Positions 52,791-64,000 of a stretch of 64,000 nucleotides of DNA are shown piece after piece (position 1 is the first letter of the stretch; each line of letters opens with the position of its first letter). The notes beneath the pieces are model-generated. The model searched no databases and was not told the DNA's origin. It saw nothing but the letters and a program-made list of their open reading frames with translations. Position numbers and translations under genes: made by a program. The stretch covers positions 38,316,001-38,380,000 of the forward strand of contig OX597822.1 of assembly GCA_951406725.2 (NCBI GenBank), in the 5' to 3' direction. This DNA is from Octopus vulgaris (lineage: Eukaryota).

Positions 52791-55700
52791 ATGACCTCAA
52801 ACCCACAAGAGTAAACAAGAGAGACAGAAACAGGCAGAAACAAGGAAAATTTGTATTTGAACACTATGCAAATATTCTTTTTAAAAAACTTTTCTTTTAA
52901 TTTTTCCAAAATTTAATTTTTTCCATACTTACAGTTAAAAAAGTCTCAATGACTGAAACTGGTACTGAAATGTTTTTTATAATATTATTTTTTTTTGCAT
53001 TTTCTACCTTGACTTTTTTTCCATATTCAAACACACACACACGCCAGGCTTCTTTCAGTTTCTGACTACCAAATCCATTTACAAGGCTTTGGTCGGCCCA
53101 AAAGCTATAGTAGAAGACACTTGCCCAAGGTGGGACTGAACCCAGAACCATGTGGTTGGGAAGCAAGCTATTTACCACACAGCCTCTCCTGTGCCTTTGT
53201 TGAAGGTTTTCTTTAGTCTTTATCTTCTAACTTTTACTTGCTTCAGTCATTTACGGTGGCCATGCTGGAGCACTGCCTTGATGTTTGTAGTCAAACAAAT
53301 AGACACCAGTACATTTTATTTGTAAGGTACTACAAATTCTAACATCCCTTTATTTTTCTGAACCACTAAGTTATGGGGACGTAAACAAACCAACACCAGT
53401 TGTGATGCAGCGGTGAGGGGACAAACACAGAAACACACGCATGTACACACACACACACATGACGGGCTTTTTCCAGTGTCCCTCTACCAAATCCCCTCAT
53501 AAGGCTGTGGTCAGCTGGTGTTGGTGTGTTCACGTCCCCATAACTAAGCAGTTCAGCAAAAAAGACCAATAGAATAAATACCAGGCTTAAGAGAAATTCT
53601 ATAACATTCTAAAGCACTAAAACAGATTATATTTAACCCTTTCGTTACCGTATTTATTTTGACCATATAAGTGTGTGAGGGCCTGTAACAAGGGATATGG
53701 TCATTGGTCCAGCCTTTGAACTAAATAAGAGATTATAGTATGTAGAGATTATAGGTGCAGGAGTGGCTTTATGGTGAGAACTTCCCAACTACATGGTTCA
53801 GTCCCACTGTGTGGCACCTTGGGCAAGTGACCAAAGCCTTATAAGTGGATTTGGTAGAGGAAACCGAAAGAATGCCACCACATATATGTGTGTGTGTGTG
53901 TATGTGTGTGTGTGTGTGTGCATGTGTGTGTGTGTGTGTCTTTGTGTCTGTGTTTGCCCCAACCGATGCTTGACAACTGGTGTTGGTGTGTTTACATCCC
54001 CATAACTAAGCAGTTCAGCAAAACAGACCGATAGAATAAGTACCAGGTTTAAAAAAAAGTAAAAATGTTGAGGGTTAATTCATCTGACTAAAATTCCTCA
54101 AAGTGAAGCAAATAAAATAAAATAAAATAAAAAATAATGGAATCAGCAGTAGGACCACTTACCTTTACTGTAGAGACGTACTTGCTGAAGAGTATTATCA
54201 TTGGAACCATAGACTGTGGAGCCATCAATGTAGCTTGTTGCTTCATTAAGTTGTTCACGGACATCTAATGTGGATGGTAGGGAAAGATAACATGAGAAGT
54301 AATAAGGAAATGAAGGCAGAAACTTTAATCCTTTAGCATTTAATCTGGCCATATCTAGCCCAGATATTCTGCTTGGTTTATGTTAAAACTGACAAGATAC
54401 AACCTCTCGCACTTATTCTTAAAATGTGGTTGTGTGGGAAGAAATCTGCTTCTCAACTTCTCAATTTGTTAACTTTGGCTTGTATTAGATAAGAATACTG
54501 TTACTAAATTTTCTACAACCATGTTCACATTCCATGACTAACATAGGGATCGATCTGGTATCGGACAAGGATTCTGGATTATTTTCCCGTTTTTTTTTAC
54601 TTAATTTTCCAGAGTGGTCAGGTTCATTTTTAATATTCTCGTTTGTGAGAGCAGTCAAGTTTATCTTAGATATTCTCATTTTAAAAATCATCTCTGGCTA
54701 ATTGTTGAGAGGACGTTGGTGTTGCCTTGGCAGAGGTTTGCGCTTTCTGAGTGGTCTTGTTATTATTATTATTATTATCATTATTATTATTCTGAAAGAC
54801 TCTTGGAAAGTTCTTAATTACCAGTTATTCTTTATTTGAAAGCAGGCAATAACAAATCACCAAAGGTTTCAAGTAGTTCCTTCTCCTGTGACTCAAAGAG
54901 ACAATACTCTCCTTAGAATGCGAGCTGTACCCAACAATGATGTCTTCTGGATCACCTCAAGCCTGACAGCAGCTCCGCTATTCTTAATATCATTATTACT
55001 ATCATAATTATAGACGTCGCGCAGTATACAATATCATGAGGTTGTTGATTGAAGGTATTGTATCTACCAGGGGTTTCGACTGTCTGTCAAGTCACAAGGA
55101 CCTCAGACAGATAGTACTTTATGCAATTTGCATGCAGTTCCAAGTAATGCCGACTTTCGCAATACGCCTAGATTGTAAGGTATTTCTAAGGTTTTCAGAT
55201 GTTTTTTCAGATTGGGTGGTATTGAACTCAATGCTCCAATTACAATAGGGATAACCTATATGTTCGATTCTCATAGCTGCCACAAATTAGCGATCTCAAT
55301 TCTCAGGTCTCCATATTTATCAACTTTTTCTCTTTCTTTCATATTATTATTATTACAATTCTTTCGAATTCCACAAGACCAGAGGTTCTGAGGGGAGGGC
55401 ATCAGCCAATACCATCAGATCCACTACATGATGGGTACTTTGGAAGGATGAAAAACAAAGCTAACCACAGCAGGATTCAAACTCAAAATGCAAAGAGAAG
55501 GAACAAATAATGCAAAGCATTTTCTGTGACACTCTAATGATTTTACTAATCATTATCCTTAATTGTTTCTAATCCTGGCATAAAGGAAGGTAGTGAGGTG
55601 GCAGAGTCGTTAGCATGTTGGACAAAATGTTCAGCAATATTTCATACGAAAATCACTATTTGTAAATCTCACAAAGAGAGTTATTCAGCAAAAAGTACTT

Positions 55701-57377
55701 TGGAGTAAAGATTATTTGTCAACATAACATGGCAGTCCTGGTTTAGGACAAATGTTGCTGTAATTTAGCCCCAGGAGACATCGTCTCAATCTGCCTATAT
55801 GACATGATCTGTATCCTTATATTTTCGATACACAGATATTGTTTTGAGCTGGGTGGGGTGTTAGAGTCCCTTGTTTGAAAATATGAGGACACAGATCATG
55901 TCATATAGCCAGCAGGAGATGATGTCTCCTGGGGCTAAATTACAGCAACATTTATCCTAAACCAGGACTGCCATGTTATGTTGGCAAATAATCTCTACTC
56001 CAATATTTCATCCGTCTTTATGCTTTGAGTTCAAATTCTGCCCAGGTTAACTTTGTCTTTCATCTTTTCAGAGTTGATAAAATAAGTACCAGTTGAGTAT
56101 TAGGGTTCATGTAATCAACTTACCCCTTCTCTCTTGAACTTGCTGGTTTCGTATAAAAAATTGAAACCAGTATTGGCACAAAGGACTGAAGTTTGGAGAA
56201 GAGGGTTAGTTAATACCGTCAACCCCAGTACTCAACTGGATGGACAGAAAGTAAAGTTGATCCTAGAGGGATTTGAACTCAGAACAAAACTGTATGACAA
56301 CTCTGTTGTAATAGAAGTGTGACACAGAACAATGGCATTGTGATATCTGTGTCACAGAAGGTGCAGAGAGAAGTGATTGGGAGGAGGAGAGAGAAAGAAT
56401 TCCCGAAGAGCCATAGGTGAAATAAAATATATTTTGTTGGGCTTATGTTTATGGATTAAATTTTTATGGGCTTTTATGGGTGCTGGTGTCACATAAAAAG
56501 CACCCATACCAGTTCCACATAAACACACCCATGCTGATGTTGCACAAAAGCACCCAGTACACTCTGCAAAGTGGTTGGCATTAGGAAGGGTATTTGGCCA
56601 TAGAAATCATGCCAAAACAGACATGGAGCCTGGGCAGTGCCTGTCAAACCATCCAACTCATGCCAGCATTGAAAACGGATGTTAACTAATGATGATGATG
56701 ATGATGATGATGATATATAAGGTGAGCTGGTAGAATCACTTGCATGTCAGAAAAATTACTTAATGACATTTCATTCATTTTTACGTTATGAGTTCAAATT
56801 CTGCCAAGGTCAACTTTGCCTTCTGACCTTTCAGGGTTGATGAAATAGGTACCAGTTGAGCACTGGAGTTCATGTAATTGACTAGTCCGTTCTCCCTAAA
56901 TTTCAGGCCTTGCAGCTATAGTATATCATCTTACCTGATTTACAAGATAACGAGGTGGTGGGTGTAGAACGGAGGAAATGGAGACATGTGATGTTTTTTT
57001 TTATGAAGAAACTGTCATTGGTTGGCACTGAGATTGGTAAACAGTCTGTTCTGTAATAAAAGACTTTGGTATAAATACATAGTAGAAAATGTGGATCTTA
57101 TTTCTGGGAACGGGAATTGGATTGATATTCTGTCAAGGACTTGAGTGCATAGATAAACATTGCTATTATGTTATATTAAAATGAGAACAGGTTCACAAAC
57201 AAATCAAAATAATAAATACAAAGTTTAGAGGGTGTATAAAATACAGGTTGCATAAAGTAAACATGAGTAAAACTGGATACAATTCTGTTAAATTGAAGGA
57301 AGAAAGTTGTAAACTTGACTTACCTATTTTTGTTTTCAGATTGGCAGCAGTTGATCTTTTTAGCTCCTGGTAAAAGA

Positions 57378-57434
<57 letters not shown>

Positions 57435-57436
57435 CA

Positions 57437-57484
<48 letters not shown>

Positions 57485-57724
57485 GGAGAGAGAGAGTGTG
57501 TGCCACACCTGCTGGTACTCATTTTTCACCTGAGTAGACTGAAACAACGTGAAATGAAGTGCCACCTGATCCAGGAATTGAACCCATGACATTATGATTG
57601 TGAATTGAATACTCTAACCACTAGGCTACTTAGCTTCACCTGCATGCACACAATGTGAGTAGAACAAACAGGATAAATAGAACTCAATACATGGGTAGAA
57701 AGAGGCAGGAGTTTCATGAATGGC

Positions 57725-57783
<59 letters not shown>

Positions 57784-58713
57784 GGGGAGTGATAAATAAC
57801 AGCAAACATTTCTTGACGAAAGGATCCAATATTGGGGTGCAAACAACAATAACTACAGAACATCATGGCTTCAGCATGCAAAAACAACAGGACTTGATAT
57901 CTGGTTGGACAAACCAATAAGCTGATTGATTTAAACCAAAGTGTCTGTAAAATGACACTTTTCACCATAATTCTCAGTGATTAACAACCAGAACTTCTTA
58001 AATATTGGAGCCAAATTGCAGCCAATATGGAGAACACAGCAGTAGAATTGGTGCTGGCTGTAAACTCTACATTCTACAAAGGGTAGGTGATATCTGGTCA
58101 AAAATTCTTCACAACTCAGCTGGTGATCTTATCACTAGTTTCAAAGGTTACATTCCTCAATGGAGAGAATACTTTGAATGTTTGCTCAACAGAAATCCAC
58201 TTAGCATTTATTGGAACATTATCCAAATTACAATGCTCTCTATGATGACCCCAACACTCAAAGAGAATAATATAAGGATCAGAAAACTGAAATGTCTTAA
58301 GTCTGGTACTCAAGACTGTCTTCTGACCAAACTGTTCAAAAACTGCTCCAATCCTTTCACAAGCTGGTTATACAAAATCATCTGGGAAGTCAAAAACTGA
58401 AAAAGGTCCATAAAAGTGGAAGAGTGTTGTCATAGTATATATTTCTTTCAAAAAAAAAAAAAAGGTGATCATAGGCACAGGAGTGGCTGTGTGGTAAGAA
58501 GTTTATTTCCCAACGACATGGTTCCGGGTTCAGTCACACTGCATGGTACCTTGGGCAAGTGCCTTATACTATAGCCTTGGGACAACCAAAGCCTTGTGAA
58601 TGGGATATTCTATGTAATATATTCATTGATGAATTATTTCCTCAATATTTAATATATTAAACTAGTGTATCTTGGATGAATAACCCTGTAAGAGGTTTAA
58701 ATATCCTCATTGT

Positions 58714-58752
<39 letters not shown>

Positions 58753-60419
58753 ATATATTTATATATATATGTGTGAGTATGTATTTGTGTGTCTGTGTTT
58801 GTCCCCCTACCATCGCTTGACAACTGATTTTGGTGTGTTTACATCTCTGTATCTTAGCAGTTTGGCAAAAAGAGACAAATAGAATAAGTACTAGGATTAC
58901 ACAGAATAAGTCCTAGGGATGATTTGTTCAAGTAAAGGCAGTGCTCCAGCATGGCCACAATCAAATGACTGAAACGAGTAAATGAAAATATGGAACTAAT
59001 GATGTATTGGTCTGAATGACACTGTCCACCTAAGTTCATATGAATGTTCTCAATAATTTCAAAATGGTAAAAGATCAATATGTTAGATCAAAGCGATATG
59101 AATTCCTCTCCTGACTCCCTTGAGCAAATGTCTACCAATAGTTTACAGTTATTGTCTTCTTTGATATGGCTGTTTCTTTCTATTCCATGGATCAATACCA
59201 TAGAACTGGAAAATTCTTGAATCAGATGTTATGTTATCCAAGGAAAGGTTTTGTGATGAATGCACTTGCTTTAGTCAACACTTACAACAAGGAGAGTGGT
59301 TTATTTGAAGTACACAGAATTAGGCATCATGGATGTATCTTATTTCCCATCCTGATCAACTATGTCACTGACAGGGTACTGCAACATGCTGTTCAAATAC
59401 ATCCAGGTATTGAAACCTCTCCCACTACAAGATTGGACTCAGATACACTGGTGATGCTGCAGAACCTGCTTCATCCTGTATTAAACTAATGTTACAAGAG
59501 GAAATCATATGAACAATAAATCAATCTATAGATTAATGTGAGAAAGACAAAAGCCATGTCCTCCTGCAAGTTTAACAGGAAGAGAATAATCACCATGAAT
59601 GCCAGACCCCTTCAATAAGTAAGCAACTTTTTATATCTTTGGAGTTTTCTTCCTGCCAATAGATTAGAACCATGAGAAAATATGACCACATCAATTAAAC
59701 ATGTTTAGCTTTGATATCACACTCTAGTCATATATTTGTTTTAAATCTAAGCCCAGCAATTTTGGGAAGTGGTTAAGTTGATTACATCGACCCCAGTGCT
59801 CAACGGGCTTTTATTTTATTGACCCTTGATATATGTACATGTGTATATATACTCTTTACTCTTTTACTTGTTTCAGTCATTTGACTGGGGCCATGCTGGA
59901 GCACCACCTTTAGTCAACCAAATCGACCCCAAGACTTATTCTTTGTAAGCCTAGTACTTATTCTATCGGTCTCTTTTGCCAAACCACTAAGCTACAGGGA
60001 TGTAAACACACAAGCATTGGTTGTCAAGCGATGTTGGGAGGACAAACACAGACACAAACATATACACATACATACATACATATACATATATATATATATA
60101 TATGACAGGCTTCTTTCAGTATTTGTCTACCAAATCCACTCACAAGGCTTTGGTTTGCCCGAGGCTATAGTAGAAGACACTTGCCCAAGATGCCACGCAG
60201 TGGGACTGAACCCAGAACCATGTAGTTCATAAGCAAGCTACTTACCACACAGCCATTCCTATGCCTATATATATATATATATATATATATAAACATGATA
60301 TGTGACAATTAGTTGGGGCTGAAGTCTGCTCTGGCATCTCATCATTTATTAAGACAAACAAAAACGTTTTTACATAATATAGAGGTCTCATTCATTCTTT
60401 TGTTGTCATATTTTTATTA

Positions 60420-60473
<54 letters not shown>

Positions 60474-60804
60474 CAGTAATCCCTCGACTATCATAGGTGT
60501 TCTTACTTTTTATTTCATCAGCATGTAGCATGAGTCGAGTATCACTGTTCTCACTTTCTCCTTTTTCTTTTTCTTTTTACTTTTATTTTATTTACTTTTC
60601 TGCTGTGATGAAGTTCCGTGTTTCAAATTGGTATAATTAATTACTTACAGTGATAACTATAGTTATTATTATTATTGCAGTGGTTAAACCTGGGAATCAC
60701 ACTAACAGAAAGTTGAGATTCTGTCTATTTGTAATTAATTAATAAATGCTAATTGATATAAATCAATTGTTATTCATCAATAGTATCTCCATTTTCTGCT
60801 TTCC

Positions 60805-60857
<53 letters not shown>

Positions 60858-63098
60858 TACACACATATATATTGTTCATTTTATACTTTATTTGATTTAG
60901 ATTAATATTTTTGTGATGAATGTTTCTTTGTATGGTATTCGCTGTGATTTTATAAGCATTTGTTCTTATATATTATATGATTGTAATAATCTTACTGTTC
61001 AATATTATATATTATTAAATTTTTAGATTAGTATTTTGTACGGTATATGCCTCACAGCATGGGTTTGGACGTGTTCTCCATTGACTGAGTTGTGGAATGG
61101 TGGTTCGTCTCTAAATTAGTTATACACATGTATTATATATCATATATTACGAAATTCAGTCTAATATTATTATACTGAATTTTACCTGTAAGGTTGGAAT
61201 AATAATTTATTCCCTAATATTATACATATATATATTTAAAAAAGTAATAGTTGAGGTATTCTGTTAAACTTTTTATGTCCTCAGTTGACTTTCATGATGA
61301 AACATGAAACAGCATTGCAAAAAAATATTAAAAAACAAGTGGCTTTCTTTATAAGCAAACTTTATACTCACCAAGATCTCCTTCGCCCATTTTAAACTGT
61401 GTGAAATCATGGGACATGAACTGTCCGAAAAACACTGTAAATAGGTTGATGTCTGTCTCCCGCACAGTCTCATTGTTGGGGTCAAAGACAGTGGTACTGA
61501 TAGCTCTTGCACTTGGTAGAGGACGTCTAGTTACACTGTAGCTACGAGGACTCCCTTTACCTAGGGAAAATATAAAAATTTAAGATTAAAGAAAATTGCC
61601 AGTTTCTGTTGTGTATTTTGGATTTTTGAGAGGGTCCATGGCCTAATGGTTAAGTTGTTGCCCTTTTGATGGCTAGATCATGGGTTCGATTCCCAGACCA
61701 ATCAGCGTGTTGTGTCCTTGAGCAAAACACTTAATTTCACATTGTTCCAGTCCCCATTCCAGTCAAGGTGGAATGTTGGCCTGTTTGCCTAGCCAGCGAG
61801 GGGGCATGATTTGAAAAGCTAAAACAATACAAAGTGCATTGCGATTAGTGATGTGTAACAACATCTGATAGTGTGGTCGGTCATGTGATCATGTGATTTT
61901 GGGTTTTTACTGTTTTAGTTTCGTTTTTGTCATGTTTATCTGGCTGTGACAGTTTATATAGTGTAGAAGTATTTCTATAACAGGACACTGTTACACTTAC
62001 AACTGACCACTCAATAATGTCTACTCTATAGGACACTGAGTATCTCCATTTCTACTTGAACTAAAGGAGTTTTAAAAATAATTTTTTTCATTTTAACCTA
62101 TTTTCAATCATCTGTAAAAGTTTTAAAGTAATATTCAGAAATTTAACCCTTTTGTTACCAACCTGGCTGAAACTGGCTCCGAATATGAATGTTTTGTTTT
62201 CATAAGTTTTGAATTAAAATCTTCCACCAAACCTTAGTCACAATTTATGTTCCTAACACTAGCTGAATGATAACTAAGTTATTCAACTAAATTCTTTGTT
62301 ATATTTAAAGTAATTGAAAGAAACACAGAGCATCTCAAAATAAATATGGTAACAAAATGGTTAAGTACTCTGGGACTTAATGAGTTAATAATAATAATGA
62401 TGATGATGATGATAATTTCTAACATACTGCATTTTCAAGCATACAAGCTGATCTAATATCTTTCCAAATCCTGCTTCATTCCACATGGAATTTTCATTCC
62501 TCTAAAGTTGTCTTGGAGTATAAGCCAACTTTCCATTTTTGGTTGTAAATTCTGGTCTGAAAAATTTAACTTGTATGCTAAAAAATATGGAAGGCTAGAA
62601 GTTTCAATGTAGGACTTTAGTTGTTTGAGTTGGCCTCAGTGCATGACTGGTACTTTTTTTTAATGCCTTAAAAGGATTAAATGCAGTTAACCTTCGCACG
62701 ATTTGAAATTATCACATAAAGGAACCTAATTAAATACCACAAGGTGTTTCAATGCTGCCATAATAAGACATGTCACAATTCATGGGGAATAAGAAGAGGA
62801 TGGAAGTTGATATTTTTTGAACCCCAGTATATGTCTGGTACGTATTTTATAGAACCAGGAAGAGTGAAAATTAAAGTCAGTCCCTGTCAGTATTTGAACC
62901 CCAAATGTAAAAAAAAAATAATAATACTCACGATCATTATAGGCATTGGGAATATATCTTATGAAAGGAGTATCTGCCTTGCCAAGTAGTGGATTATTCC
63001 GGTTGTTGCATGCACCATTGATTGTTCGGTATTTATAGTTGTAATTGCAGAGTACTGTACGGAAGGGACATAACTGCTTACGTTTTCCCTTTGAATCA
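40873..63098 (-). CDS. Animal heme peroxidase (peroxidase-cyclooxygenase superfamily, peroxinectin/chorion-peroxidase-like), 5'-partial, 11 coding exons (gene span)
   Basis: 11 GT-AG exons join in phase (1876 nt). Motifs in order: YRTINGACNN, LPSARAIS, FGQFMSHD (distal His), CLHFLRS, REQLNEATSYIDGSTVYGS, AGDTRINE (distal Arg/Glu), REHNR, FRFGH (proximal His), NIQRGRDHG, DVDLVVGG, GDRYWYE, LDLSPW. Confidence 0.95.
42211..42313 (-). CDS. Peroxidase exon (DQLYQIQ...VPKSAFHV)
   Basis: tacag|...tt|gtaagt. Confidence 0.87.
43250..43410 (-). CDS. Peroxidase exon (HPNDVDLVVGG...GDRYWYE)
   Basis: ttcag|...g|gtaact; ORF 43170..43433. Confidence 0.95.
43911..44819 (+). repeat. Minisatellite, 9 near-identical copies of 101 bp
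   Basis: acactctacc recurs at 43911, 44012, 44113, 44214, 44315, 44416, 44517, 44618, 44719. Confidence 0.97.
45400..45705 (+). mobile_element. SINE family C 3' part (ggaagggcatccagctgtagaaac ... gcatggaaaatggacgttaaatgatgatg)
   Basis: Many copies in both orientations, e.g. about 5317-5600(-), 13060-13220(+), 32760-33045(+), 37090-37410(+), 44893-45120(-). Confidence 0.75.
46776..47337 (-). CDS. Peroxidase exon with proximal His (FRFGH...NIQRGRDHG)
   Basis: cacag|...gc|gtaagt; ORF 46772..47362. Confidence 0.95.
47443..47688 (-). CDS. Peroxidase exon (GDTRINE...REHNR...EFLPIIIG)
   Basis: gtcag|...g|gtgagt; ORF 47435..47695. Confidence 0.95.
47880..48252 (+). repeat. Complex (TG)-derived tandem repeat
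   Basis: Recurring tgtgtatgtctatgtgcctttgtgtgca units. Confidence 0.85.
50512..50893. mobile_element. Head-to-head tRNA/hammerhead dimer, + arm internally deleted
   Basis: Hammerhead-like cores at 50591-50635 (-) and 50801-50846 (+); head junction near 50775. Confidence 0.75.
50953..51085 (-). mobile_element. Second copy of the small hammerhead-like element
   Basis: Minus strand cttt CTGTTGA a gagc atag gctc GAAAT GTA aaag at 51076-51041; runs into (TA)n. Confidence 0.55.
51149..51262 (-). CDS. Peroxidase exon (GLLKT...CLYA)
   Basis: cttag|...g|gtgagg. Confidence 0.88.
54163..54264 (-). CDS. Peroxidase exon (DVREQLNEATSYIDGSTVYGS...), Ca-binding loop
   Basis: attag|...g|gtaagt; ORF 54143..54352. 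Confidence 0.93.
54780..55350 (-). mobile_element. Two adjacent R4/Dong-clade LINE 3' fragments in TAA repeats
   Basis: Minus translations EREKVDKYGDLRIEIANLW...VIPIVIGALSSIP...RKSALLGTA and VIQKTSLLGTARILR; flanked by (TAA)n. Confidence 0.7.
55646..56000. mobile_element. Hairpin insertion with about 125-bp inverted arms inside a family-A SINE
   Basis: Arms about 55700-55826 and 55876-56003; 11-bp direct repeat caatatttcat at 55635-55645 and 56001-56011. Confidence 0.75.
56935..57050 (-). CDS. Peroxidase exon (TDCLPISVPTNDSFF...CLHFLRS...)
   Basis: tacag|...g|gtaaga. Confidence 0.92.
57324..57366 (-). CDS. Peroxidase short exon (GAKKINCCQSENKN)
   Basis: accag|...ag|gtaagt; 43 nt; CC pair; phase 1/2 fits. 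Confidence 0.85.
57790..59700 (+). mobile_element. Degenerate RTE-like LINE reverse transcriptase region split by a SINE
   Basis: QWREYFECLLN...LKCLKSGTQD...LYKIIW (58005-58400); HGCILFPILIN (QGC.LSP.LFN-like); INVRKTKAM; FLYL; with stops and frameshifts. Confidence 0.7.
61372..61560 (-). CDS. Peroxidase exon with distal His (LPSARAIS...FFGQFMSHDF)
   Basis: cctag|...g|gtgagt; this frame is not in the ORF track. Confidence 0.92.
62143..62364. mobile_element. piggyBac-like MITE (inverse of 9468-9694)
   Basis: TTAAccctttt...aaatggTTAA. Confidence 0.55.
62932..63098 (-). CDS. Peroxidase exon (...YRTINGACNNRNNPLLG...NAYND)
   Basis: minus strand ttcag|...c|gtgagt. Confidence 0.92.
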
Positions 63099-63222
63099 CT
63101 GAAGATATAAAAATATAAACATGTATATGTATGTACATATGTATGTATGTATATAAGTATGTGTGTGTGCATACATACATACATACATACATACATACAT
63201 ACAAACATACATACATAATGTA

Positions 63223-63257
<35 letters not shown>

Positions 63258-63587
63258 ATATTAATCGAAGTGTTCTGTATTATATATCCATTATATATAA
63301 ATTATGGCAGTTTCATAGGGGGTTACTAGTCAATGTCTACACATTGTATCTACATATATCTACTCTATACAAAGTGTTCAGGTTAAATTTGACAATTGTT
63401 TATGTCTCCTTTTTTCAGAAACAGGTTGATGTCAATGAACAGTCAATCACGTGGAAGAGCATAGAGACTGAAATTGTAGTTGAGAGAAAGTTAGCTGACA
63501 TGAAGGACTGGGAGCCATTTGAATATTGGAAAAGAGTTACCTGTATCATGATGATTCATGCCAGGTATCAAAATGTTAACATTATGT

Positions 63588-64000
63588 CTGTTCTATATTT
63601 GAGAGATGAGGAATTATGTACATTATTTACATTTGATGGATATTTGTCCTCATCTTGCTTGTTGTTAACACGTTTTGGCTGATATACCCTCCAGCCTTCA
63701 TCAGGTGGCTTGGGGAAATTTTGAACCTGTGTTCTCATTCTTAAGGTATTTTTTGATGTTGTTATTATTATTATTATTATTATTATCATCATCATCAGTA
63801 TCATTATTATTATTTTTATTATTCAGGTCACTGCCTGGAATCAAACTCGGAATCTTGGGGTTAGTAGCCCGCGCTCTTAACCACTATGCCATATGCCCAT
63901 GGGCATATGGTGTAGTGGTTACCCACGGGCATATGGCATAATGGTTAAGAGCATGGGCTACTAACCCCAAGATTCCGAGTTTGATTCCAGGCAGTAATCT
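63588..64000. mobile_element. Head-to-head tRNA/hammerhead element running off the window end
   Basis: Full - arm 63588-63898 with CTGATGA core (63667-63709); palindromic junction ccatatgccc-at-gggcatatgg; extra partial head. Confidence 0.75.

Noticed and set aside
60600-61230. Possible further PLE-type pseudo-LTR remnants (gtgatgaag..., small hairpin 61152-61182)
   Set aside because: Too degenerate to assemble a hammerhead or termini by eye.
63131-63682. 183-aa + strand ORF
   Set aside because: Microsatellite start, runs into the mobile element, antisense within a peroxidase intron.

Overview
Eukaryotic, AT-rich, intron- and repeat-dense DNA; the SINE families, microsatellites and genes point to a coleoid cephalopod, most likely Octopus (inferred from repeat recognition, not a search). 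Two convergent multi-exon genes were reconstructed by hand with GT-AG boundaries and continuous reading phase. On +, the last 26 coding exons of the deubiquitinase USP40 (247-38979; 3186 nt, 1061 aa visible; 5' part with the Cys box lies outside the window). On -, the last 11 coding exons of an animal heme peroxidase of the peroxinectin/chorion-peroxidase type (63098-40873; 5' part outside). Introns hold tRNA-derived SINEs, RTE and R4/Dong LINE fragments, Helitrons, Tc1/mariner, hAT, piggyBac-like and Mutator-like MITEs, a 9x101-bp minisatellite and long hairpins. The most unusual signal is a non-coding mobile element joining a tRNA-like Pol III head to a minimal Penelope-type hammerhead-ribozyme tail, inserted as head-to-head inverted dimers (4 loci, one with a 13-bp TSD; the catalytic G12 position is A in every copy here), plus a second small hammerhead-like family. 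Almost all other ORFs in the track are non-coding artefacts.
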